Below are positions 36,949 through 45,800 of a DNA stretch of 63,250 bases, in pieces. Source of the stretch: Bacteroidia bacterium (GTDB lineage: Bacteria > Bacteroidota > Bacteroidia > SpSt-205); NCBI GenBank assembly GCA_026413325.1, contig JANZYW010000002.1, positions 1 to 63,250 on the forward strand, given 5' to 3'. Under the pieces are notes generated by a model that saw nothing but the letters and a program-made list of their open reading frames with translations, made no database searches and was not told the origin of the DNA. Both the position numbers and the translations under genes were made by a program. How positions within the stretch are numbered: the first letter of the stretch is position 1; every line of letters starts with the position of its first letter.

Positions 36949-38809
36949 TTGCAATTTGATCTTTGCTCAGCGGATCCTTCAGCAGCGTACGTATGGAGGC
37001 AGTTTGGCCGATGTTTTGGTAAGGGCTTTTTCAGATACCTCTGGGTATTGGCTTGTAGGGCATACCTACTCTCGTGATGGGCTTCTGAGTAGAAAAGGGT
37101 ATGATGCGGATCTCTGGGTAGTTCGTACTGACAAGCAAGGCGAGCTTCTCTGGCACGCTTGTTATGGAGGAAAAGGAAATGAAGAGCTGACAGATGCTCT
37201 TCTTCTCCCGGATGGCGGGCTTGTATTGGTGGGGTGGACAGACTCTCCAGAGCTTTCTCATGGCAAAAAAGATGCATTGATCGTCTGTACGGATCCCCTG
37301 GGGAAAGTACGTTGGATGCAAAGTGTAGGGGGTACGGGCAACGATATGGCCCAAGGAGTGGGTCTGCATGTAGACAATACCCTATGGGTCGTAGGGCAGA
37401 TCGGCTCCCGAGACTCAGTGTGGAATCCAGAGCCTTTGGGGGGTATAGACGGATGGCTCTTGCGCTTTTCTCTGAAAGGGGGCCTGCTGGGGCATCAGGT
37501 TTTTGGGGGGTCGGAGAACGATTACCTTCGGTTGGTGATTCCGTTTTCCTCTGATACGGTATGGCTGGTAGGAGCGTCGGATTCTCGAGATGGAATGATA
37601 CAGAATCCACTTGGCAAAATGGACATCTGGCTCGTTGAAGTCGACCGACAGGGGGTCTTTCGTCGAAGCTGGAACTTTGGGGGGAGCGATTTCGAAGAAC
37701 CATATAGCTGGATTCGGAGTCCGGAGGGGGAAATATGGGTAGCAGGTACCAGTTTCTCTCCCGCAGTGGCCAGCTATGGTCGAGCAGATGGGGTGATCTG
37801 GCGGCTGCAGTCAGAGGGCCTGGCCCACGCAGCGTGGAGTGGAGGTGGAACGGGAGATGAGGGGCTCAACCGCCTCCTCCTCACTTCAGAAGGAGATTGG
37901 CTGGTGGCAGGTATGACAAGCTCTCGAAACGGACTCATTCCAGGGTTAGCAGGTTTGTACGATGCCTGGGTGCTACGATGGAATGCTCAGAAGGATACGC
38001 TTCTCTTCTGCTATACTTTCGGAGGAAAAGATGTGGATAGTTGGATAGCTGCTTTCCCTTTAGGGGGAGGCAGCTATCTCGGAGCGGGGACCACCGCCTC
38101 GCCAGGGACGCAGCTTGGCCTCCGCACCTATGGAAGCGCAGACTTCTGGCTGGTATGGTGGCAGCCTGATACGACGCTTCCTCCCCCACCTCTTCTGTTT
38201 TCCCCTACGATCTTGGTCGGGTACGTCGCTATGGATAAGCCTCCTTCGTCGGCTCAGCTCTTTTTTCGCAGTGCAGAAGGGAAGCTTCTCGATAGCCTCA
38301 TAGTCGACACAACAGGTTTCTTTCGCTGGACTGTCCCCGATACGCTCCAGGGGGAAGTACGGGTCAGCGTTCATGCCACAGGTTATGTTTGGAAAGAACT
38401 GAGCCTACGCCCACGCAAGGGCAGAGAAAATCGATTGGATATTTTCCTCGAAAGAATCAAACCAGGGATACGAATGCCGCTGTTCTATGTACACTTTGAT
38501 AAAGGAAGTGCAAAGCTGTTACCCGAATCTGAGGGACAGTTAGAGGAGATGGTTCGCTTCCTGCGAGCCCATCCCTCCGTGCGGTTAGAGTTAGCAGGAC
38601 ATACCGACGGTACCAGCCTTCCCGAGTCTGAGATCCAGCTTTCGCGCGCTCGTGCTTTGGCCGTACGAGATTATCTTGTCGCTCAAGGTTTCGCAAAAGA
38701 ACGTTTCACGATAGTAGGATATGGAAAGGCGCGTCCCATCGCTGACAATACCACCCCCGAAGGACAGCGCCGAAATCGGCGAGTAGAGTTTCGCCTTTTA
38801 GCCTGGTAA
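36923..38809 (+). CDS. OmpA-family protein with a long N-terminal beta-propeller-like repeat region
   Basis: The C-terminal OmpA domain reads 'FDKGSAKL....L.GHTD......S..RA.AVRDYL...G.....GYG...P...N.T.EG...NRRVEF'. The N-terminal part has repeated 'GG.G.D......DG...VG.T.S' units. A signal peptide is present. Confidence 0.8.
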   Translation: MRWLVLFSSCNLIFAQRILQQRTYGGSLADVLVRAFSDTSGYWLVGHTYSRDGLLSRKGYDADLWVVRTDKQGELLWHACYGGKGNEELTDALLLPDGGLVLVGWTDSPELSHGKKDALIVCTDPLGKVRWMQSVGGTGNDMAQGVGLHVDNTLWVVGQIGSRDSVWNPEPLGGIDGWLLRFSLKGGLLGHQVFGGSENDYLRLVIPFSSDTVWLVGASDSRDGMIQNPLGKMDIWLVEVDRQGVFRRSWNFGGSDFEEPYSWIRSPEGEIWVAGTSFSPAVASYGRADGVIWRLQSEGLAHAAWSGGGTGDEGLNRLLLTSEGDWLVAGMTSSRNGLIPGLAGLYDAWVLRWNAQKDTLLFCYTFGGKDVDSWIAAFPLGGGSYLGAGTTASPGTQLGLRTYGSADFWLVWWQPDTTLPPPPLLFSPTILVGYVAMDKPPSSAQLFFRSAEGKLLDSLIVDTTGFFRWTVPDTLQGEVRVSVHATGYVWKELSLRPRKGRENRLDIFLERIKPGIRMPLFYVHFDKGSAKLLPESEGQLEEMVRFLRAHPSVRLELAGHTDGTSLPESEIQLSRARALAVRDYLVAQGFAKERFTIVGYGKARPIADNTTPEGQRRNRRVEFRLLAW

Positions 38810-38934
38810 AAGCACGAGGATGCCTCCCAAAAAAGGGAGCCGTATCCTTTTCTGCCCTTTTGCACACGAGACATAGATTTCCTTTAGGAGGAGGGGTGAG
38901 TCCCTTGCTTTGGGATAGGAAACCCTCTTTTCCT

Positions 38935-38942
38935 TATATTTG
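38935..38942 (+). promoter_or_regulatory. -7 box TATATTTG, 19 nt upstream of the ATG at 38962
   Basis: Exact match. Confidence 0.4.
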
Positions 38943-38961
38943 CCCCGAAAAGCTGCTTCGT

Positions 38962-39942
38962 ATGTGGAGAAAAGTTGGCTACTCTCTTGTTTTCAGTGTG
39001 GGTACTCTCTGCGCCCAAGATCCCCAGTTTTCTCAGTTTTTTGCGAATCAGGTGATTTTATCTCCTGCTTTTACGGGGATCACGGAAGGCCCTCGGCTTG
39101 CATTGGCATATCGCATGCAATGGACCGCCATTCCTGGCTATTATCGAACCTTCGCTGCGGCATACGACCAACCCATTTTCTTCGGGCGGGTGCGCAACGG
39201 GGTCGGCCTCTCTCTCATGGCAGATCAGGCTGGAGAAGGGAATCTCACCAAACTCAACGTACTGCTCAACTACGCACTCCACATAGAGCTTAATCGGAAT
39301 AGTGCCCTGAGCTTAGGCCTATCTGGTGGGATCATGCAGGCCAGCATCGACTTTTATCGTTTGCGTTTTCCTGATCAGATTGACCCCAACGCAGGATTCA
39401 TCTTGCCGACACAGGAGCGCAACTTTTTTCAAAATCGGATTCACGAAGATATCAATGCGGGGGCCTTATACTACAACCGCTATATCTACGTAGGTACATC
39501 TATTATGCATATTACCCAGCCTCAGCAGAGGTTTTACAATGTTTCCCTTTCGAATCCTGCGGCGGCTCGGCTTCCGATACGATCTACCTTTTTCGCTGGA
39601 GCCCAGATTCCTATTGATAGGAATAGAGAGGGGCGGCAGTCTATCGGTCCCGCTGTGATGTATCGGATACAACAGCCTTTCCAGCAGTTAGATTTGGGGT
39701 TCTATGTGAACCTCGACCCTGTCGTCATCGGAGTGTGGTATCGGAATCAAGATGCGATTATTGGATTGGTGGGCCTGCAGCGCGGTATTTTCCGAGTTGG
39801 CTATTCTTATGACTACACTATCTCTACTCTCACGAATCGTATTTCTGCTGGCTCACATGAGGTTTCGGTGGTAGTAGAGTTTGATAAAGAGCGTCGAATA
39901 GGTATGAAGCATCGTCGAAACTATCCATGCCCGAGATTTTAG
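38962..39942 (+). CDS. PorP/SprF family type IX secretion system membrane protein
   Basis: 'AQDPQFSQFFAN....NPAFTG' is the hallmark N-terminus of PorP/SprF. The start is set at the ATG that precedes the signal peptide. Confidence 0.85.
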   Translation: MWRKVGYSLVFSVGTLCAQDPQFSQFFANQVILSPAFTGITEGPRLALAYRMQWTAIPGYYRTFAAAYDQPIFFGRVRNGVGLSLMADQAGEGNLTKLNVLLNYALHIELNRNSALSLGLSGGIMQASIDFYRLRFPDQIDPNAGFILPTQERNFFQNRIHEDINAGALYYNRYIYVGTSIMHITQPQQRFYNVSLSNPAAARLPIRSTFFAGAQIPIDRNREGRQSIGPAVMYRIQQPFQQLDLGFYVNLDPVVIGVWYRNQDAIIGLVGLQRGIFRVGYSYDYTISTLTNRISAGSHEVSVVVEFDKERRIGMKHRRNYPCPRF

Positions 39943-39951
39943 ATAAACCCT

Positions 39952-39959
39952 TACCTTTG
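39952..39959 (+). promoter_or_regulatory. -7 box TACCTTTG, 3 nt (ATG 39963) or 9 nt (ATG 39969) upstream of the gldJ-like gene
   Basis: Exact match, immediately after the PorP/SprF stop. Confidence 0.45.
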
Positions 39960-39962
39960 CAC

Positions 39963-41174
39963 ATGCGTATGGCCAAACGATGGATATCTACCGTGCTGGC
40001 TGGCCTGATGGCCGCTTGGGTGCTTTCTGCTTGCGGAGGGGGAGGCAACATCGAAGATCCAGGTACTACAAGTCGTCTCACTGGGCTTAAGTTTGCCCGC
40101 AAAAGTGGCGGAGAGGGATTCTATGTCAAGCGGTATCGCGAGCTACCGCCAGCCCCTGGTCTCGTCTTCATCGAGGGAGGTACCTTTCATATGGGAGGTA
40201 CCGAGAAAGACCTGGATTTTGAGCACAACGCTCGGGTCCGTCAGGTAACAGTTGCGAGCTTCTTCATGGACGAAACAGAAGTACCGAATGTCGAGTACAA
40301 ACAGTTTCTCTTCTATGTCCAGAAGGATTCCGGAGATCAGAAAGCGCAACTTCTCTATCCCGATACAAATGTCTGGTTCCGAGAAATGGCGTACAATGAC
40401 CCTTACGTGCGGTATTATTTCCAGCACGAGGGGTATCATATGTATCCAGTGGTAGGTGTCAATTGGCATCAAGCCCGCGAGTTTGCTGCGTGGCGCACTG
40501 CGATCGTAAATAAGCAAATCACGGAGGCAGACCCCGAAGCGATCCTTTATCCAGATTATCGGCTTCCGACAGAGGCAGAGTGGGAGTATGCTGCTCGTGC
40601 GGGTTATGAACAGGAGCTTTATCCATGGGAAGGGCGTAGCTTGAGAGACATGAAAGGGCGATTCCGAGTAAACTTCAAGCGGGGACGAGGAGACTATGCT
40701 GGCCGTTCCAATAAAGGAGGTTCTCTTCTTTACGAAGGCTTGAACGATGCTTACATGATACCCGCCCCTGTCAAGGCTTTTTATCCAAATGATTTTGGGC
40801 TTTATAATATGGCTGGGAACGTGGCAGAGTGGACAGAGGATACGTATCGGGTTCTCAACTATGAGGATGCGGAAGACTTCAACCCGCACCGTCGTCGGGG
40901 CAATGTACAGATGGATCAGTATCAGTATGATGATGACTACGATCCGAAAACCAGCCTGTTGTATAGCCCGAAGGCTGCAGCCGCAGCCCAAGGAGGGCAA
41001 GGAGGAGTTTGGCCAGATTTAGGAGCAGATGCAGCCAAGGTATACCGAGGGGGGTCCTGGGCAGACATCGCTTATTATGTAACATGTGGGGCACGCCGAT
41101 ATCTCCATGCTGATTCCGCTTCTTCGACGGTGGGCTTCCGCTGTGCGATGGTTCGAGTAGGGCGCCCGTTCTAA
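39963..41174 (+). CDS. gldJ: GldJ-like gliding-motility/T9SS lipoprotein (SUMF1/formylglycine-generating-enzyme fold)
   Basis: Lipobox 'VLSACGG'. Also 'PGLVFIEGGTFHMGG', 'FFMDETEVPNVEYKQFL', 'YPVVGVNWHQAREFAAWRT' and 'RGGSW'. At 404 aa it is shorter than Flavobacterium GldJ. GldK/PorK cannot be excluded. Confidence 0.65.
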   Translation: MRMAKRWISTVLAGLMAAWVLSACGGGGNIEDPGTTSRLTGLKFARKSGGEGFYVKRYRELPPAPGLVFIEGGTFHMGGTEKDLDFEHNARVRQVTVASFFMDETEVPNVEYKQFLFYVQKDSGDQKAQLLYPDTNVWFREMAYNDPYVRYYFQHEGYHMYPVVGVNWHQAREFAAWRTAIVNKQITEADPEAILYPDYRLPTEAEWEYAARAGYEQELYPWEGRSLRDMKGRFRVNFKRGRGDYAGRSNKGGSLLYEGLNDAYMIPAPVKAFYPNDFGLYNMAGNVAEWTEDTYRVLNYEDAEDFNPHRRRGNVQMDQYQYDDDYDPKTSLLYSPKAAAAAQGGQGGVWPDLGADAAKVYRGGSWADIAYYVTCGARRYLHADSASSTVGFRCAMVRVGRPF

Positions 41175-41198
41175 GACAGAAAAACGTCACTCTATCGA

Positions 41199-41237
41199 GG
41201 GGGTCACTGAAGGCACTTCAGTGGCCCCTTTTCTTTT
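41199..41237 (+). terminator. Rho-independent terminator of the gldJ-like gene
   Basis: 13-bp stem (GGGGTCACTGAAG / CTTCAGTGGCCCC, one G-U) and a 3-nt loop, followed by TTTTCTTTT. Confidence 0.85.
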
Positions 41238-41505
41238 GGCTGAAATCCTGCCTGTGTAGAGACAGCTTCTCTTAGCCCCGCGCAAGTCTCCTTGGCCTCG
41301 GCGGGCACAGGTATCAGCTGCTATCTGTGATAGAGGACTGGGGTTAGATGGCTGCATCCTGCTGCGTTAGGGTTTCATTTCAAACGATACAGTTCTCATC
41401 TGGGACGAGGGGTCTGGAATAGGATCGGAGGTTTTCCCCGAAAATGTTCAAACTTCTTTGCCAAATCAGCCAGGTGTATCTGACATACGGGCCAGGTTGT
41501 ACATT

Positions 41506-41531
41506 TCAAGAGCTCTTGAGAGATATATTTG
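41506..41531 (+). promoter_or_regulatory. 14-bp perfect palindrome TCAAGAGCTCTTGA followed 4 nt later by an orphan -7 box TATATTTG (then N4 + GTG)
   Basis: Read directly. It faces the 3' end of the convergent SDR gene, and only a 28-codon ORF (41536-41622) follows. Confidence 0.3.
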
Positions 41532-41569
41532 CTGGGTGAGAAAGGATTTCCGAAGGAGGGTAGGGTGTC

Positions 41570-42367
41570 TTAGATTTTTTTCAAAGGAGAGCCTGGCTCC
41601 TGCACGAAATGCTGGTAAATGAATTTATCTAAGGCACCATTCAGGAAACGGTTGAGCCATACTGTGAGGCGACCCTGGCGTGTGAGGACAAGGTACTTTT
41701 TTCGACGCAGCATCGCACGATAGATTCGTTCTGCGACTGCTTCTGCGGACATGAGTTTATGCTCGGGGAGAGGACTTTCTGCTTGAGGGAGGCCAGTAGC
41801 GGTAAGGGCTTTTTCCCGGATTTCACTGCGGGTGAATCCAGGGGCTACAGTTAGGACGCAGACCCCTGAGCCATACAGCTCGGTTCGGAGGGCTTCCAAA
41901 AATCCGTTGAGAGCAAACTTAGAGGCACTATATCCGCTTCGTGCGGGGAGCCCTCGAAAACCAGCGATAGAAGATATCCCTACAATCCACCCTTGATTGA
42001 CTTTGATAAGAGGCAGGGCTGCTTTTATAACGTGAACTGCCCCCCAGAAATTCACTTCCATCACTTCTCGCAACACTTGTAAAGAGACCTCTTCCACGAG
42101 GGCCCGATGAGAGATGCCTGCGTTGGCTATGACAGCGTGTAATCTTCCAAACCGCTCTTGGGCGAGTTCAGGTACTTTCATGCAGGCATCCTCATCTCGC
42201 ACATCTCCTACGAAAGGAATAATCTGGTCGGGGTAGGAGGCTGCCAGTATTTCCAAGCGATCTTTTCGCCTTCCTTGAGCGATGACGCACCAGCCTTGGG
42301 TAGCCAGTTGGCGAGTGAGGGCTTCTCCGATGCCCGAGGAAGCCCCTGTTACCCAGGCGACCTTCAC
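41570..42367 (-). CDS. Short-chain dehydrogenase/reductase (classical SDR)
   Basis: 'VTGASSGIGEA' cofactor motif, 'NAG', and the 'YSASKFAL' catalytic YxxxK. Confidence 0.88.
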   Translation of the reverse strand: MKVAWVTGASSGIGEALTRQLATQGWCVIAQGRRKDRLEILAASYPDQIIPFVGDVRDEDACMKVPELAQERFGRLHAVIANAGISHRALVEEVSLQVLREVMEVNFWGAVHVIKAALPLIKVNQGWIVGISSIAGFRGLPARSGYSASKFALNGFLEALRTELYGSGVCVLTVAPGFTRSEIREKALTATGLPQAESPLPEHKLMSAEAVAERIYRAMLRRKKYLVLTRQGRLTVWLNRFLNGALDKFIYQHFVQEPGSPLKKI

Positions 42368-42747
42368 AGGTTAGCGGAAGGGCTTCTTTCTTCCTTATAC
42401 TTTGAGGGGCATTTCATCAATATCTTTTCTGCATAGAAGATAGAATCCTGCTGATGGCCTATGAGTACCACTTTTTGGGCGGCGTCGAAATTGATGGGCT
42501 TGGGATCTGGGTAGCGTACCAACCGCACTTCTCCCAGGCTGTCCTGAGCCCGAAACCAGAATATATCTCGCTGCGCATCGTAGTAACTGTTGGTCCGCTC
42601 TACCCACTCTGCCACGATATGATAAGTCCGTCCCGGGTGAGCGGCAGCTGTTCGGAAGTCTGCGTAGATAGTGAGCTCCTCTCCTAAGCTGAGGAGAAGA
42701 AAGCTTAGCAGTGTTCCTACTGCGATAGCGCCGAAAAGGAGACGCAT
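42364..42747 (-). CDS. CcmE-like OB-fold membrane-anchored protein (cytochrome c maturation CcmE domain family)
   Basis: N-terminal TM helix. 'FWFRAQDSLGEVRLVRYPDPKPINFDAAQKVVLIGH....FYAEKILMKCPSKY' matches the Bacteroidota CcmE-domain pattern ending KCPSKY. The start is at the internal ATG at 42747, supported by a promoter box. Confidence 0.6.
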   Translation of the reverse strand: MRLLFGAIAVGTLLSFLLLSLGEELTIYADFRTAAAHPGRTYHIVAEWVERTNSYYDAQRDIFWFRAQDSLGEVRLVRYPDPKPINFDAAQKVVLIGHQQDSIFYAEKILMKCPSKYKEERSPSANL

Positions 42748-42751
42748 AGGG

Positions 42752-42759
42752 CAAAAGTA
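42752..42759 (-). promoter_or_regulatory. -7 box TACTTTTG, 4 nt upstream of the ATG at 42747 (leaderless-type)
   Basis: The plus strand reads CAAAAGTA. Confidence 0.5.
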
Positions 42760-42784
42760 GAAAACAATGTACCACTGTAAATCG

Positions 42785-42792
42785 TACATTTG
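42785..42792 (+). promoter_or_regulatory. -7 box TACATTTG, 7 nt upstream of the tRNA-Leu 5' end
   Basis: Exact match. It is divergent from the CcmE-like promoter 26 nt away. Confidence 0.5.
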
Positions 42793-42799
42793 CCCAGAG

Positions 42800-42883
42800 G
42801 CCCAGATGGCGGAATCGGTAGACGCGCCAGTCTCAAAAACTGGTGGGGGAGACTCCGTGCCGGTTCGAGTCCGGCTCTGGGCA
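42800..42883 (+). tRNA. tRNA-Leu (anticodon CAA), class II with a long variable arm
   Basis: 84-nt hand-folded cloverleaf: GCCCAGA/TCTGGGC acceptor, CCAGT-CTCAAAA-ACTGG anticodon arm, variable arm TGGGGGAGACTCCGT, GCCGG-TTCGAGT-CCGGC T-arm. CCA is not encoded. Confidence 0.93.
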
Positions 42884-42886
42884 CAG

Positions 42887-45800
42887 ATTAGGAAAGTACT
42901 TCGACCTTTCTTCTGGGCGATAGGTAGTCTGTTGGCCTTGTGGGTAGCTATCTTGATCGTCGTGTATCTCCTTTTGCAGTCTGACTCCGGTCAGAAAGCA
43001 ATGAGAAGGTGGTCAGTGGCTTTGCTACAAGAAGTTCTCGGGACCGATGTGGAGATGGGAAGATTGCGATTGAGTGGGATAGCTCATATTTCGCTTGAGA
43101 AGCTGGTGATTTACGATAAAGCGTGTCAGCCGTTTCTCCAGGTCGAAAAGGCCCAGCTCGGTTGGATACCTTTTGCTTTTTGGCGGGGATTCTGGCGTGG
43201 ACAGCTTTATATCCCTGTATCTTCTGTGCTTTTGGAGGACCCGAACGTGTACATCTATGTAGAGCGAGGCTCTGGTCTCTCGAATCTCGATCGATTGTTT
43301 CCGTCCGATACTTCTGATACAGAAGGCGGTAAGTGGCGGATGAGTCTGGGGAGCTTACAGATTAGGAGGGGCTCTTTTCGTTGGATAGACTCGACTCAGG
43401 CTGACTCTGCGCTTCTGCCTATGCAGGGTTTTCTTCGCTATGCGCACTTGTATATAGACTCTCTTTACATAGAGGCTGCTGTAGAATGGAGTCAGGGGGG
43501 TAAGCTTTTTGCTCACCTTCAGCATCTCACTGCGCACGAGAGAAATTCTGGGGTGCGTATCCCAGCGCTTTCGCTTCTGTTAGAGGCTTATCCAGATCGC
43601 GTTCGTATTTCTGCTTTGGAGGTGAGGCTTAGTGCGAGTCACCTTCGGGGGAAAGCTTTTTTCCCGAAAGAAGGACTGGATAAGCTTTTTTTAGATACTG
43701 ATACGAAGCAGTTTAGAGCAGACTTGGAAGGTGTGCTGGACTGGCGAGAGGTTTCAGCATTTGCCGGAGAAGTTCTGCCTATCCAGGGGCGATGGGGGGT
43801 CGCAGTGCGGGTATATGGAGACCTATATCGATTAGAAGTTCCTTCCCTGGAGGTCCGTTTGGAGTCGGGAGCCTATGTAAGAGGGGAAGGGGAGATAGTG
43901 CATTATGCCAGGCCTACTCAGATGGCATGGAATGTCCGTATTCGAGAGGGTTCTCTGTCTCTCTCGGATATTCGGCGGGTGATACCGGTCTTCGAAATAC
44001 CGCAAGAACTCGACACTCAGCGGGTGTGGGGCTTTCGAGCGGAGCATACTGGTGATCTGCGTCGATACCAAACGAAGTTAGAAACCCAGGGGGTATGGGT
44101 CGATGTCTCTCTAAAAAAAGATTCGACCTGGGTATACGGAGTGGATATTCGGTTTGATCGGTGGGATAGTCAGTGGTTGATTCCCATTAGTCCGCTTCGG
44201 GAGGTGAGCGGGACTTTGACAGCGAGTGGGAGGGGATTGGGGTTTACCGATGGGAGGGGGATAGTAAGAGCTCACCTACAGGGATGGTATGAAGGGCAGG
44301 GAGAGTGGAGTCTAATCGGAGAGGGGGTGCTTGAACAGGAAGGGTATCAGGGCATTTTATATGTGGAGAGTCCCTATGGGGTAGGAGAATATAGAGGGAC
44401 TCTGCCTCTTTCTGATGGGGGGGCTTATTTCGGAGAGGGGAGCTTCACAGGACTCAAGGCTCAGCTATGGGGAGGAGTAGGTACCCTTTCAGGGTACTTT
44501 CAGGGAAAGGGGAGAGGCATTCCTTGGAGAGAAGGAACGGCGACTCTCCGAATAGATTCTCTTGTTTGGTATCATCCAGAAGCAGTGCATCGGTTGGGAA
44601 CGCTGCGGCTTGAGGCGGTAGGGGGGCAACGGTATGAAGTCTTGGGAGAGGGTTTGGCTATATGGGTCCAAGGAGAAAAAAACTGGCTACAAGGTCTGAA
44701 AGAATGGGAAGAAAGCTGGACAATGTGGACAGAGCAGGGTGTGTGGCCTTCTGATCAGGTGAGAGAAGACTGGGAGCTCACCGTACGCATGGCGGTGGGC
44801 TCGTCCATCTGGTTATCTCTAACAGGAGTAGAGGGAGCTCCTCAGTTTCATGGTACTGTTTTAGAGGCATTCTTGAAGGAAACGGGGCAGGGCAAGGAGG
44901 GAGGGATTTCATTGGAGTGGGATAGTCTGTCTCTCGGTTCGCTCCAAATAGGAGGGACGCTGGTACGGTGCCGAGTGGAAGAAGATTCCCTACCGCGTTG
45001 GCAAGCAGAAGTCATCTCCTTGGAGGGAAAGACTTATGTCCCCTATCAGGGTATCCACGTAAAGATGGCGGGGAGCTTACAAGTGGGTGAAATAGAGGTA
45101 GGCGCTCGGATAGGTGCGAAAGAGGATTCTCTTCAGATGAAGGCAATATGGAAGTGGCCTTCTGGGAAGATACCAGTCCAGCTATTTTTACGAGAACGAA
45201 ACTCTTTTTTCTCTTTGGCGGGGAAAGAGTGGACCGTAACCTTCCCAGGCCCGATCACATTTGGATGGGATGGACGGTGGGAGGTGGGAGGCTTGCGTGC
45301 TGAAAGTGGAGACTCCTACCTATACTTCCTGCGAAACGAGCAGAGGCTTCTGGTTGAGGTGGAGAGACTTCCACTGGAGGGGCTGCTGTCTGTGCTGGGG
45401 CGTTCTTTGCCGGTCGGGGGTGTGCTACACGGAAGGTGGGAAATGACGCAGGGTGCCCCCACTTTTCGTCTCTTAGGTGATTCCTTGCGGTATGAGAGGC
45501 AGGTATATCCGCAAATCTGGGCTATGGGGGAGGCGGAAGAGGACTCTGTTTTGTTTCGCTTTGGTCTTCGAGAAGGGAAGACTGAATTTCTAACAGGTAC
45601 TGGCTGTTATCACCTGCGAGATACCCTCAGCCCTCTCCGAGCGGACATCCGTTCTGTACGAATACCTGCGAGCTGGTTAGAGCCCTTTTTGGGAGATTAT
45701 ATAAGAAATCCTCGAGGATATTTTCGTTCTCAACGACTAATCGTGACGGGTTCTCCCCTCTCTCCGGCTATCTATGGAGAGATCTTTTGTGATGGGGTGG

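Noticed and set aside
36942-37703. 253-aa and 112-aa ORFs antisense to the OmpA-family gene
   Set aside because: These are shadow ORFs with Pro/Arg/Ser-rich composition. The sense frame has a signal peptide, repeats and an OmpA domain.
40143-41000. 285-aa ORF antisense to the gldJ-like gene
   Set aside because: Its composition (Ile/Arg runs) is not protein-like. The sense strand carries strong SUMF1/GldJ motifs.
39963-41174. Calling the SUMF1-fold lipoprotein GldK/PorK because it follows porP
   Set aside because: No gldL/M/N follow, and a strong terminator comes directly after the gene. The 'PGLVFIEGGTF' and 'LYPDTNVW...YPVVGVNW' blocks look more GldJ-like to me. I kept GldJ-like at reduced confidence.
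42767-42886. N-terminal 40 codons of the 1482-aa ORF ('MYHCKSYICPEAQMAESVDAPVSKTGGG...')
   Set aside because: This stretch is the translation of the tRNA-Leu gene and its promoter, so it is not coding.
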